A stretch of DNA of 64,000 bases from Vermamoeba vermiformis. Lineage: Eukaryota. Shown piece by piece: positions 51,387 to 64,000 of the stretch. Numbering within the stretch: the first letter of the stretch is position 1; each line of letters begins with the position of its first letter. A program made the translations under genes and the position numbers. The stretch spans positions 1 to 64,000 of the forward strand of contig JBEWZL010000263.1 of NCBI GenBank assembly GCA_045837725.1, written 5' to 3'. Below the pieces are notes generated by a model. That model worked only from the letters and a program-made list of their open reading frames with translations. It ran no database searches and was not told the DNA's origin.

Positions 51387-51621
51387 AGCGCTGCGTGTCC
51401 ATAGAACCCACAGCTTGTGCAGCCTTGTATTGCCTTATATAAATAGTCCAAACTAACCTAATTGCAAATGTCTCGTTGAACCTATTTTTGAACCTTCTTG
51501 TACGAAATAATAATAAAACAAGTCAAACACAGGGACTATCAGGTCGAGATTATAATTAAATTTATTATACAAGGTGGTGTAATTATAATCCAGTTGACTA
51601 TTAACAGAGTTGCGAGGAGTG

Positions 51622-52278
51622 TTATTTTGAATGGCCTAGCTCTTGTAGTAGTGTGTCTTTAGCTTCGTTAATCTTCAGTGCTAAGTAAGGAGACCCTCCT
51701 TGATCGGGATGATTCTTCATCATGAGTTGACGATGCTTCTCTCGGATTGATTTTGGATCTTTTGCCTCCCTGTAGCACGTGTTAATTACGGCGTTGATGA
51801 CGATAGAAATCATACTTTTCTGTTATATTTAGAATTAATATGGCTTCCTTGCGTGTTAGTGAACCTGGAAGAGGTCCTGTGAACGGATTTTTGGCTTGTT
51901 GCTTTTGTTTATTGGGTGAGTCTGGACCTTCGAGATCTGATCCGCACCGTTAGTTAATGAGCAGCACATACTCACGTACTATTACCCACCTATTTTTTCA
52001 TAGGCTGCACGTATCGCGTTCTTAAAGCCTCCATGTCTAACGACTGCACGTCCAATTAAAGATGCCGCAGCAATTCCTGCTCCGATAATAACACCAATCT
52101 ATTTTTAAAAATTAGTCCTACTATTAATATGATATATTGTGCGCTTAAAATAAATATTTAGCTTTTTGTAGTGGTTAATAAATAATAATATTTATCGTAA
52201 TTACTGACACGCAACACAAAGGAGGCTCATCAGTATTTAAATACGCACATAAGTGTACTATAATGAAGTGCTTACCAT
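51622..52278 (-). CDS. PAM18: Mitochondrial import motor J-protein Pam18/Tim14
   Basis: N-terminal hydrophobic [51 protein letters not shown]. Confidence 0.9.
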
Positions 52279-52456
52279 TCTAAACTTATCGTCAACAAGC
52301 AAGTCGCGAGGTGTTCAAATGAGTTCAGACAGAAAAAATTAGTTTGCAGTCCCGCACAGCCCTTTTCTCCGTGACCACAGTGGGAATAGTAGTGCACAGT
52401 TATAGCACATTAATATTTATATCTTTTTGTAAGAATCAGAGCGAAATAGAGGAAGA

Positions 52457-54719
52457 ATGACAGATCAAGAAGCGACGAAAACAACACCAACGAATAATAT
52501 TGAGCTTCCAAAAGTCGGAATTATTGGCGCTGGTATTAGTGGCCTATCTGGTATGCAAATATACAGTTAGGATAATTTTGGATAATTTTTAATTAATTTT
52601 TTTGGATCGCAGCTGCCATTGCCCTCAAGAACTTAGGAGTCGATGTATCGGTGTTAGAGCAAAGCACTAGTATGTTATAAAATATATACAACCTTTTGAG
52701 AGGTTATTTACGTGTACCCTAGAGGACGGAAGGAAGTGGGGCTACAACTTGACATTGATGGACTCAAGTAAGTAATCCTACATATATTTGGACTATATTA
52801 ACTTATTCTAGCCATTGATCAGTTGAAGGAGTTCAATGAGAGCATCGTCAACAAGCTGGATCTGAAACACTCCCGTCCAGCGACCAGAATTCCGTTATAT
52901 GACGATGGTAAGAAATCTGAAACAATTAATTATGCGACAGTACTGATTTAACATTAAATTGCGCTGGGAACAGACAAAGAACTGGTGTTTATTCCTGGCC
53001 CGAAAAAAGAAGATAACGTCACCTTGTATCGCGTGTCAAAAGATCAACTGCACCAGTCACTCATTGAATGCTGCGAGAGTTTAGGGTAAACACTATAATT
53101 TATATTATCAACATTACACATACCGAGATGTGAGCCGAATTCTGTTTGAAAAATTGCAACGATTTGCGCTGAATTCTTAATCTTCCTTAATTAAATAGCT
53201 TTTACCCGAGTATCACACAATACATAGTATCGTAAATTAAATAACAATTTAACGGTTTTATACTCGATTTTAGGATTAAAATCGCTTGGGGAACCGATTT
53301 CCATAATTACGAAGAATATCTGAACAAAACCGGATCAGATCCGATCCGATTGACGAAAGCCATTGCGACAGAGAAGGACGAAAGTGATGTTCAGGTGCGC
53401 GTGTTTGCAAAGACAAATAACGGCAAAGATGAAAATACTGTGGAGCACACCTTTGACATATTGATCGGAGCGGATGGAGCACAGTAAGTACGCTTTTGCA
53501 CCTGCCAATTAAAGTCAACGGAGCGGAGCGGGTGGCTTGATTGCCAATTAATATACATCATGTTCGCTTGGTTCAACCAACGAATTTTAAGGGCACGCGG
53601 CAGTATACCAATAACGACGAAATCTCCGTTTATTAATAATCGCGCTTTTATTGCCAGATCCGATGTACGGAAACAAATCAAACACGAAAAGAAGAAGTTC
53701 TTGAATGTAGTCGCTATTAACGGCGTATTGGATGCGAGTGGGCTTGAAAGGTAAGTTCTGTGTTGCGATCCGGATACTTTGCAATAATTTATCAATAGAC
53801 TAAGTTTTGTAACAGCGTAAAAGCAAGTCCTCGGCTAACAGATTACTGTAAGTCCCTTCCTATGCCATATGTTCTCGTACCAGCTTATTTGACACTGGTA
53901 TAAACAGATTCGTTCATCCAACTCGGTAAGGGAGACTCGATCTGGGCTACACTCATCGACAATGAACTCAATTGGCTCGTTCACTTGCCTACGCGCGAGA
54001 AAGACCTTCAAGAGACGATAAAAGACAAAGAACAACTGAAAGCGTATCTATTGCGACAGCTGACAATCAATCACTCAACAGTGCGCTCAATTATCGAGCA
54101 TACACCTGCTGAGAATATATCAACGCCGCAAGGAGTATATGCACAAGAGCAAATGAATCTAGATCTGAAAACTAAGCGTGTGGTGTACGTTCTTTGCAAT
54201 AATTTATTTGTACGCGTGCTGATCTTCGATTAGAAACACTCTTGGAGGCCGAGTAACGCTAATAGGCGATGCATCCAACCACTGCCTGCCGTTTTTAGGT
54301 CAAGGTACGCCATTCAGATATTTAGGACCACGATTAAATCCATCTAAACCTTTTTAGGTGCGAATCTAGCGGTAAAACATGCGCATCTGTTTGCTAAGGA
54401 ACTACGCGCGAAAGTGGCGGAATTTGACCCACAATCGACGGACTATAAAGATCTGTCCCGAACTAAGCAAAGAAACAAGCTGATTGAATCATTTCTCTCC
54501 GACGCTGAGATCGAGATCAACAGACGCTCGAAGCCCTTCATAACGGGAAGCGAAGCCGTAAGTACACAAGATTGTATGAATACTTCCCACGCACAATTTT
54601 GATATTTGTACTCGGCACAGGGATCAGCATGGTTTCACAAAAAAGGATTCTTATCCAGATCCTTCCGCAACGGAGCGCTGCGACTACTCGGCAAGTTATT
54701 GACGAGGAAAAACATATAA
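52457..54719 (+). CDS. FAD-dependent monooxygenase (group A flavoprotein; multi-exon)
   Basis: IIGAGISGLS (GxGxxG); DILIGADGAH (DG motif); RVTLIGDASNHCLPFLGQGANLA (GD motif). Confidence 0.88.
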
Positions 54720-55171
54720 TGCGGTCGCTAAGTAATGCTGCGTTTCATGTCTCCAATTACTTGCCTTATTTGACACCTGTACAAATAAGGAAATTCGTTT
54801 TATGCTTTGGATCTTCTTCTTTCCGTAATCAAGATAAACCGCAGCCTAACGCTGTAGCTTTTGCAATAACGTGATGTCGCTGTAATCCGTCAAACCTCAA
54901 AAGTGTGTGATTTTGGGGCGTGTGATACTTTATTATTATTGTGTTTACGGAAGATTGAAGCGTTCACCAAAAAATTTTAATTATTCATGTTTTACCCCGA
55001 AGACGGAACCCACACGACGTATTTATTGTAGTTTATTTATTTGTTTGTAGTCTTGCATTCCAAACGTCAGGACGGGAGTATACAAGTTTATTTAATTTGT
55101 CGATCAGCATCCATCTACAAAGCGAAGAGTCTTCAATTTGAAATGACACTATAGACAGAGAAGCAATATAA

Positions 55172-58100
55172 ATGACATCAAAGAGTGAACGATACGAGAA
55201 AGCGCTCGTTGTTCGCCTCGGACAAACCGACCTCAATCGCAAATCGAACTACTTCGTGGTCGTAGAAGTAGAGAACCATAACAACGCGTCATACTTAAAA
55301 GCAACAAAGAGGACAGATGTAGCGAAGAACACATACAAGCCTCAATTCCTTCAGAACGTATTCCAATTCACTATTACTCAAATCTCTACCGAATCTTCTC
55401 CTTTTGAAGCCAACATCATCGTTGTTATCAAGCTCTTCGAGGTTAAATTGAAGGAGAAATTAGTTGGAAATGCTCAGCCTAATAATGATGCCATTTCATG
55501 CGTCGGAGTGTCCAAACTAGCCTTGAATTCTTATTCATACAGATCTCTACTCGAAGGCTTGTCAATCGACGCCAAACTTTCTTCTCCCTCTCAACCATCC
55601 AAACCCAGCTCCAAAAAGAAGAAAGACAAGGATATTAGTTTATCAGAATCAGAAGACACCACCGACATGGGAGTAATCACCCTCCATCTCCAAATCCAGG
55701 CAAAGGTAACACCTTTTTTCCTCCGTCCTTTAGATTTTCTCCGTACCACGATTAATCAGTTTTCTCTATACAAATCATACCTCCCAGTAATCTTATTGTC
55801 CCTCCAAATTAAAATTTTATTTTTTGTCTCCCAACCATTAGAAACCCGTTCTTTCTCGATTAAATTAATGCTCAGGCGATTCAACTTTGCGGCATAATTC
55901 ATTTAAGCGTGCGATATTAATTAAACAAAAGAAACGGAACTCTTTTCTGTGCAGCGATTCGTTCTTTTCTTCCCTGCTGCGAGATCTCCTAAAATTGTGT
56001 GATTTCTCAAATTTTAATCATTATGCAGGAAATATTATCTCCGAGGACACTCGCAGATAGCATCGATGAACGATCTTCAGAATTGTCATTGACATCATCT
56101 ACTGCCTCGACTGCTCCATTGGGATCTGCTGCGACAATGAAGCTGCTAAGCATTGCCGATCAAGTATCCCAACGACCTTGGGTGGCTAAGATATCCCAAA
56201 AGCTATCGTTTGCTATGAGTAAGTCCATCACAGACGTTGCCGTTAGCCCAATTAAATTTCAATTTCAACTTTTGACGCAGCAATTTCAGTGAAATTTGAT
56301 AATGATAATTGGGAAGATAAACTAGGACTAAACATGATCACTAACGCCGTTTATTACTTGTAAGATTCGGAAACGGGCATAAGAAAGTATATCCTCCGCT
56401 TCCACGGCCTGTCAAATACGATCCACCGTTGTAGACCTTTTGTGACAGCTAAATCCACGGTAGACGCACGTGAAAGCAAACCGGCAAAGGCAGTAACCAC
56501 AACAGCACACCATGGAAGGTAAGTCTCGATATGAATTTGTGTTTCAATTCTATTACTTTGACTTTTGCAATTGCTAATTGGCGTTTTATCAATTTGAATA
56601 GAAATGCGCTGTGGTACGATACTTTATACGTAGAAGTCGATAACAAAGAGATGAATGATGAAGTTGGACTGTTAGTCAACTTGGTCGAGTACAGAAACAA
56701 GAAGATCTTGGCCAAATTCATTATTCCCACCGCAAAACTCGTGCCAGGCGAGCAGTACAACATCTGCTTAGTGCTGAATCAAGAAGGCACTTGCTTGTTG
56801 TTCTCAGTCATGATGGAGAGCTTCTTCTCCTTCAACGACTTTATCTTCTCTAAGTTCGCGGACATGTCCCGGCTCGAGGTCTTCTTGTCGGGTGTAGGCA
56901 AGGCCACGAAACAATCGAATGCAGGCACACCAATGACGCCCAAAGAGTCTGTTTTGGCCGCAGATCCCTTCGATTCAGCCCCGGTCATGGCGGTGTTGCA
57001 CATTGAACAGGATATCGACGCGTACCTCCGAAAGATTAAAAAGGTAATTGCTAAATAATTTAGATGGACCAAATCTTGTGCCCCATTTCATATCAAAGCA
57101 TCGCAAACTGAAACTGACACTTTACCGTAAAAAGGAACCCCCGCAACTACCTTTCCAGAGGATATTCTTGGAGGACGCGGATGCGTTTGAAAAAGTGATG
57201 CCGTCGTACTACAAAGTTTCTACGCCAAGTTTACCGTTTATTTTCCCGCAATGGAACTCGCTCTTCGAATACATCTGTGAAGCAGTAAGCCTTTGCATTT
57301 ATTTATTGGCATACATGATTCGACAATACTATCGTCCAAATCACTTGTCCCTTAGCACACTTTAAAATACGTATCATTGTGTATTGACGTTGAGATTTGT
57401 AGGAGATTTTGTCACAACCACGATCCGGATTGGTGCTTGAGCTGTTCCGCTTGGACTTTCCCAAGAAAGTAAGTTTTAGATAATATTACGGCACACAATA
57501 TAAAATCTTTACCCGTGTGTTGCGATTGGCAACACGGCAATTCAAAAACTTGCCTTTTATGGAGCTGCTTCATGAACGGCACGAGTAAAAAAAAGTTAAA
57601 TCCGGGATTTTATGGATACCGTGAATTGACCAGTTTTAATTTGTAGGAAGCCGCGCAAGTAATTTTTTCGGGTTATGCTACAATACCCTTCTCGGATGTC
57701 GGCGACGGTGAAGCTCTTGGTTGGGCAGGCGAGATCAGTCAAGTTGAAACTCGTCTGCATATTGTTTCGTTGCCTGAAGATCCTAAGATGGCGATGATCC
57801 GAGCAAACGACAAGCTTATCCGTATGGAAGAGAGTGTCAGCGAGAGCGACAGTCTTAACTCTCGCAGATCGTCCCGAACAGAATCTTCTCGATCAAGTAC
57901 GTTATTCAAACAACCTGAGCCCGTGAATGGAGAATACGAAGATATCGTCATGAATATCAAGTTGGAGCTTCGAAGGTGGTCCGGCAAAGACTTTATGCAA
58001 TACTTGAAACAACGCGCACCCGAATCCAGCGGAAAAAAGTTGCGTGCTAGTGGTGCCTCAGACTACGAGAACACTTCAAGCAGCAGTAGAGGTTCACTAC

Positions 58101-59644
58101 GAAGACGAGACTCATCGCCTGCGGTCAAGCCTGCACGTGCTAATCCAAACGTGACAGTGCTGTCTCCGACCAAGGTCTTCCCTGACGGCGTGGATTACAC
58201 TCAGCCGCGCGTCAAGAGAGGTTCGGGCTCGTCTTCAACGGCCTCAACTACAAGCCAGCCCCACAGCCAAGACTTCAACTACGAGCATCAAGAGCGAAAG
58301 AAGAGATACGCATACTCAGACAACAATATGAACAATAACAATCCTTTGTCAACTTCTCAAAACATGAAGAGCAAGCGAAATTTGAATTACAGTTTTGAGT
58401 CGAACGACGAAGATGACGAGCGGTACCTGTCGAGCAGTAGCACGCACAGTGGACATCATTACAATCCTCCTCTTCAACGAGGACACGTGGCACATACTCC
58501 ACGAAGTCAGAGCAGCAATCATTCTGACGTGGTAATGAACTTGCGGGAGAGTTATTCTCCGATCTCCATGCCACCTTCACCGCGCTACCCACCCATTGGT
58601 GTGTCGAGCTCTTATATGAACTACACACCGACTTCGACACCGACCAATGCCCCGCCTCAACCTTTCGCTCAAGGCAGCTTCCAACAGCGACACCTGATGA
58701 TGCAGGGACAACTGCCTCCTCTTCAAATCCCTCCATCACACAACGTGAACTTCAATCAAGGTCCTCCTAGTTTGAGCACGAGCACGAGTGCCAGCAGTAG
58801 CAACACGAACAACCCGGCTGTGCAATATCAAAGCAGCTTCGAAGAGGCATCGATCGAGATGGCCATTGAAGCCGCGCTCAGCAAGATCCAAGAGATGCTC
58901 AACGACTCGCTGCACAAGAAACAACTCGTCATTGACCGCATGCGTAGTGACGCCAGTCAAAGCCAGCGTTTGATTGATTCGCTCAACGATCAATTGAACA
59001 GTCTTACCTTGCAGAGCAACACCTTGCGCCTGGAGAACGAACAGCTCAAGATTGCTTTGCGTGACAAGGACCAAAGCGAGCTCGCGTCGTTTACTGACCC
59101 GAACATCGACCAGCTGAGCAAAGAAGAACTGTTAGTCAAGTACAAGACCCTCTTGACCAGTCTCTCAGCCCAACAGATGGAGCCTCGAACACAGTTCTTC
59201 CAAGCCCTCGCCACTCAGCGCAAGAAGTCCCAAGAAGAGCTCGAAGAGTTGCGCAACACCCGTCAACAACTGCACCAAGAAGTACGCAACCTCGAGGACA
59301 AGAAGAATAAGCTCGACGATGACCTCGAGAATCGCACGGTGAATGACGCTTTGTTCTCGAAGCTCAATGCACTGTTGACCAATGCAGTCAAGGTGGCCAA
59401 CAACCAACACGCCAAACAGATGCGCATCGACTTGAACCAACAAAAGTTGTTGCAGCGACTGCAAGAAGAGGAAGAGCGCAACAGAGAGCTGCAGGTCAAG
59501 CTCAAAAACAACAGTCACGAGTTCACTGAGGCCTTGCTCTCGATGCAGCGCAAGTTGTTGAAACGAACAAAGCAATTCCACGAAGTGAAGCGACAACTCA
59601 AGCTCTTGAACCACGAGCTGACTCACGTGACTCATCGGGACTAG
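55172..59644 (+). CDS. C2-domain + coiled-coil protein, CCDC33-like
   Basis: C2-like KRTDVAKNTYKPQF; WYDTLYVEVD...KKILAKFIIPTAKLVPGEQYNICL and PQWNSLFEY...GLVLELF resemble CCDC33 as recalled. A long low-complexity region and a C-terminal coiled coil follow. Confidence 0.6.
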
Positions 59645-60103
59645 ATCTGAAGTTCAGTTCAATCATTGGATCCACCTTGGCAGTTTTGAAACACTTTTGT
59701 GTTTGCAGCCAGTGGATCCGTAAGAAGCTTTCGGAGGTTTCCTCACCAAACACGTTTGCTAAGAATGGATTTATCAAATCCTGCGGAGTATATATCAACA
59801 TAATAGCGACACCAACCCAGCACCCCACTCATTTGCCCTGTAAAATTACAACTACGATGTACATATGCTAATTTATTAACCCACCACCCAACCCCACCAC
59901 TGTACTGGCACTGTGGCCCTGTCTTAAGAACAGAGTGCAGTGCTGTGCAGCTTGTATTGTATTGAATAAAAATTGTTCAATGAACACCCGCGCAAACTCG
60001 ATCTGCACACCTGAATACGATACTATAAACACTGAGATTTATTCGAGCAACTTAAATAACTATATTATATATTGACGACATTATGCTACTGTTGTCTAGT
60101 TTT

Positions 60104-60884
60104 TTACACCATGCCTTTGACGCAACCACAAACCATTCTTTGAGCGAATGGAATGTAGCTCATAACGTACCAGGCAAAGGCGAGGAATTGAATAATGACC
60201 ATGAGAATCGTCAATAACATAGCACCAAGCTGTATAATAACGAGGGTATATAACCTGTAACATTATTGATTGGCAAAATGTGCACTTACGTAAATGGCAG
60301 AGAACAAAGTCAAACCGAGTGCAATGAAGAAAAGCAAAGGTGAAATTACACGTGAGGCTTGGAACATGCTCTTCAATTGTTTTAAAGGTCCAACCAAGAA
60401 TGAGGTGCTGTTTGGAGGTGAAATCCATCAATAAATAGAAACATGAAAGACTTGCCATTTAAGTACTTACGATAAAATCAAAGCAAGATTACCGAAACTG
60501 TAGAGTATGGCGAATATAATGGGCACGGCAATGAAGAAAGTTGACTGATCGCAAAAAATTTAATGACGTGGGAACGAGGCAATATGGCTTATACTTACAA
60601 CCATAATCAGCAAAAATGCAAGGATGGCGCATACAACAGTACCAGTAATTCTCTAATGAAAATAAAAAATAAATAATTTTTTTCCTAATTTTCAATAATA
60701 AATAACCGAATAATTCATTATTGCAATAGCCTAATATCCATCATCATATTACGTACCTGTTTGTAACTCAATGAAGGACAGCAGCTCTCGTTTTGAGTCG
60801 CTCCAGTCAATTCACCAAACCATGTCGTGGGGAGCCTCCTCCTTCGTCACCACCAGATCCGATAGCTCTTTTTAATGAGTCCAT
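60104..60884 (-). CDS. SFT2/Got1-family vesicle transport membrane protein; apparent 1-bp deletion at 60829-60832
   Basis: CPSLSYKQRITG; FAILYSFGNL; TSFLVGPLKQLKSMF; QFLAFAWYVMSYIPFA. Confidence 0.88.
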
Positions 60885-62290
60885 TTATTGTGTATTGTAT
60901 TCTATTAATGTGACAAGCGTTGTTTCGCTCGTTGGGTTAGCAGGTTAAATACCAGCACGAACAATTTCAAAACTTCTTTCGATTTTTCGTTGCCAGTCTC
61001 ATTTGCGAACAGCGCTACAAAACAAAAGATATATTTGAGTGCTAATATTGTAAGGTAGCGAGCATTATTAATGTTGCTAAAGAAAGATCTTGAGGTCACA
61101 AACACTTCCCATCTCCGCAAGTGGCATTTACAACGAAGCAATAATATACACTCGTAATTATGCAAAATTCACACGTTATGCGGAGATCAAATTGCGATTG
61201 GAGATGACGCTGCAGCTTCTGTTCAGTTAAATAATACTTGTTATTTTATTGAAACATTTCCCTTTTGGTTTTATAATTATCCGACTGGTGAAAGGTAAGA
61301 GGATGCACTACGGTAAAATATGATTTTATATCGTTGAGAAGATGCTATTATTTTTCAATCTACGAATCAACACAAACTTCGGCACCCCTTCAACTTACAC
61401 TATTAATTTTAGGTACACGGTATCTCTTTGATTCGATTTGATGCTGTCGCGGGTCATTGAACTCAGATTCCGCTTGAACTTGTTTTAATTCGTGGTGCAA
61501 GATCCCGGCATCAAAGCGGCTTAATTCAATCGCTACAAAACATATAAACTGACGGCGTATGGCCTTAATCTGCTTTGTGGGTGCGTATATCAACGAAGAG
61601 AGATTTCTCGTAGAATTGAACCGGTTTTGAAGTCGCTAACTCGATGTATCAGCCCTACAATAGGAAAATTGCTGGATCCGAGTGAATTTCTACATCAAAT
61701 ATCTTGCTCGAAGATACTCACTGCTAAATAGCCGGCTGCTCTTGGGCAAATATCTGGACGATCTGCGATCCGGGTATTGCGATCCACCTATCACTCCAAT
61801 TCCGCTTCTTGATCGTGCAACATGATACAACACGATATTAGCGCAACCGTACTGGTACGTTCACCGAAACACAGCACGTTATGAAAACAAAGCGAGTTTC
61901 AAATCGACAAAATTAAATCGCAGCGCAAATGTTGGTGAATAGGAATCGCGAAGGGTAGAACTGGTATGAATTTCTCAGATTATTTCATGATACACGCACG
62001 TGCTTCATTAAGGCCAACATGCGATGAAAACCACCATGAACAGGTTTTTTCACGGAAAGTTGCTAAAACAGGTTTAATGAATTGAAATTTCTCATGAATT
62101 CGGGCGACAACTGGAGTAATTAACGAAGGTTTTTTGATTTTGGCGCTGCGCCAGAGACATAAAAAGTCGCTTTTGCTTCTTAACATTTCAACAAACGAGT
62201 CCGAGCAAGGAACACGAAAGAAACACTTTGTTAAATATTTTTTTTCTGGTCCCTGTACATATCTTTTTATTTATTTATTTATAACTCATA

Positions 62291-64000
62291 ATGCAAGCCG
62301 TCACAGTCCCCAAACGCGATAAGGTCCTCTTGGAGCGAAAGGGAGTGGATGCGACTACGACAATCTTCATCGAAAAAGGACGCACAGAGCCTCGTCGCGA
62401 CACTATCTTCTTAGAGTACCTCAACAACAACACTGGCGATGCTATTCGCGTGGCCAATCACAACAATCAGATTGCTAAGATCGTCAGCTTCATTCAACAA
62501 TGCATGGCTGGTCAAGTCAACTTGCCTTCGAACGAGCGAGCAATCTTCGAGCTCGAGAAGTGGAACGCAGACATGGACAAGTACGTGCTCGAGCACCCCA
62601 ACCTTGGTACTGCCATCACTCGCACTATCGAAGACGCCCAGAACGTTTTGCGCGCCTTCATCCCAGTGATCCGCAACATCAACAAGGGTGATCACTTCCA
62701 AAAACTCACTCATTACGCTGCATTAGAAGCCTATTCTGCCGCCAAGGCCAAGTAAGTACTCGCGATGCAAATCGTTTCAGAAAGGCGATCTATTTTTAGA
62801 TGAAATTTCAGTACTTTATTTTGGTCGCCTCCCAAACAAGCAACTTTCAGACCTATTCAATCAAGTGTGTTAATCATGTTTGTTACAGCGAGAACAAGGT
62901 TCGCACCTCCAAGAAGACACGAGTTGTCAGCCGCCGCGAATCCAGACGAGCTCAAAAAGATGCTCGTCGTATGGGCAAAGGTCTGAGTGTCGCTGCTAAG
63001 CAATTGGTGCTTAACCGCAAGATGAGACGCATGGTTCTTGACTTGGTCGACATCATTCAAGATATCATTTATGCTGGTATGGGCAAGAAGGACAAGACTC
63101 AAACCACCGTCACTGAGACCACCCAAACTACTACTCAGACCACCACTCAAACGGTCGCCACTACCATGCCTTATGTCTCTATGACTCCCTCTACTGACAT
63201 GAATGCTCAAGCCACCGTTACCACTACTGGTTATGATGGCAGCGTTCTCGTCGAGAGATTGCCCGTGCAACCTTTGCCCACCACTGGCTACGCCTCAGAA
63301 GTCTACGTTGCACCTGTTGCACCTGTTCAAATGTCTGAGACCATCATTCAAAACATCACCACTGAAGGTCAACAACCTCAAGTCGGCTCCACCATCACTC
63401 AATCCAAGGTCATGCGCAGAATCTCCCCTGAGCACCGCAAGGAATTGGCTCGCAGAATGTTGCGCATCTTGACTGAATTGAACAAACACGACGATGTTGC
63501 CCGCGGTATCCGCTCCATGATCAAGTTGATTGACGTCGGTGTCAACCTCGCCTCCAAGAACACCAAGAAGGTCGCCCACAAGGGCAGCGAGCTCAAGGAA
63601 ACCAACTTGCGTCTTGCTTGGGACGAATTGATGGCTCTCTTCGGCTACTTCGCTCCCAACGGCGACATGAAGCTCATCCTCAGAGACAGCAAGCACCTCA
63701 TCAACTCTTTCCGCAAGGACGAGCGCACTCGCCACATTTTGCGCGAGTTCCGCGACTTGATTGAAAGCAGCTTGAAGCATCCCGATCGTGTCAACGAAGA
63801 GGAACTTGTTTTGCGCATTGAGCGTCTCATCGACGATACCACCAACTTGACTGAAGACTACGTCAACAGATCTCGCGCTGTCTTGAAGCTCTGGGGTCGT
63901 CTCTTCAAGAACATCGAGCGCGATGAAGAGTTGTTGCGCTTGCAATCTTCCATCAACCGCTTCTTCGAGAACATCTTCCCCGTCCAGCACGGCCGCCCTG
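62291..64000 (+). CDS. Large helical protein, possibly HAM1/DUF4449-type N-terminal region (3' end outside window)
   Basis: AGQVNLPSNERA...IEDAQNVL...INKGDHFQKL resembles the G-x-LPSN / KN-x-D-xx-Q pattern of that family. The gene shows highly-expressed-type codon usage and continues through an intron to the window end. Confidence 0.45.

Noticed and set aside
60900-62290. Mobile element or RNA gene in the 1.4-kb spacer
   Set aside because: No terminal repeats, transposase-like ORF or tRNA-like structure was seen. It is likely the upstream region of two divergent genes.

Overview
Gene-dense, intron-rich eukaryotic DNA with short GT-AG introns (mostly ~45-80 nt), GTAAGT/GTACGT donors and CTAAC/CTAAT branch points. 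Gene content (F-box/ankyrin/LRR families, an Entamoeba-TMK-like receptor kinase, a Zn2Cys6 factor) suggests a free-living amoeba (Amoebozoa); this is an inference. About 26 genes were reconstructed by eye. Recognisable housekeeping genes: Ars2/SERRATE, RRP42, NDUFAF7-like, NAA40, AP-1 gamma adaptin, SmD1, Pam18 and SFT2-like. The standout is one continuous gene of roughly 1,800 aa (29103-35734, +). It is a bacterial-type VIT-vWA-TPR-DUF2135 scaffold whose central variable region carries three SNARE motifs (syntaxin/Qa, Qb-like, and VAMP/R followed by a hydrophobic helix) plus a cluster of trafficking short linear motifs. It is a candidate multi-SNARE bait/decoy or self-assembling SNARE regulator. 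Other points of interest: a LEG1 homolog, an F-box-SNF2 helicase with no RING, convergent ankyrin-F-box paralogs, a b5 reductase with cytochrome b5 at the C-terminus, a lipocalin + Mpo1-like fusion, and three apparent 1-bp frameshifts. No RNA genes, CRISPR arrays or mobile elements could be supported. All family assignments come from motif recognition, not database searches.
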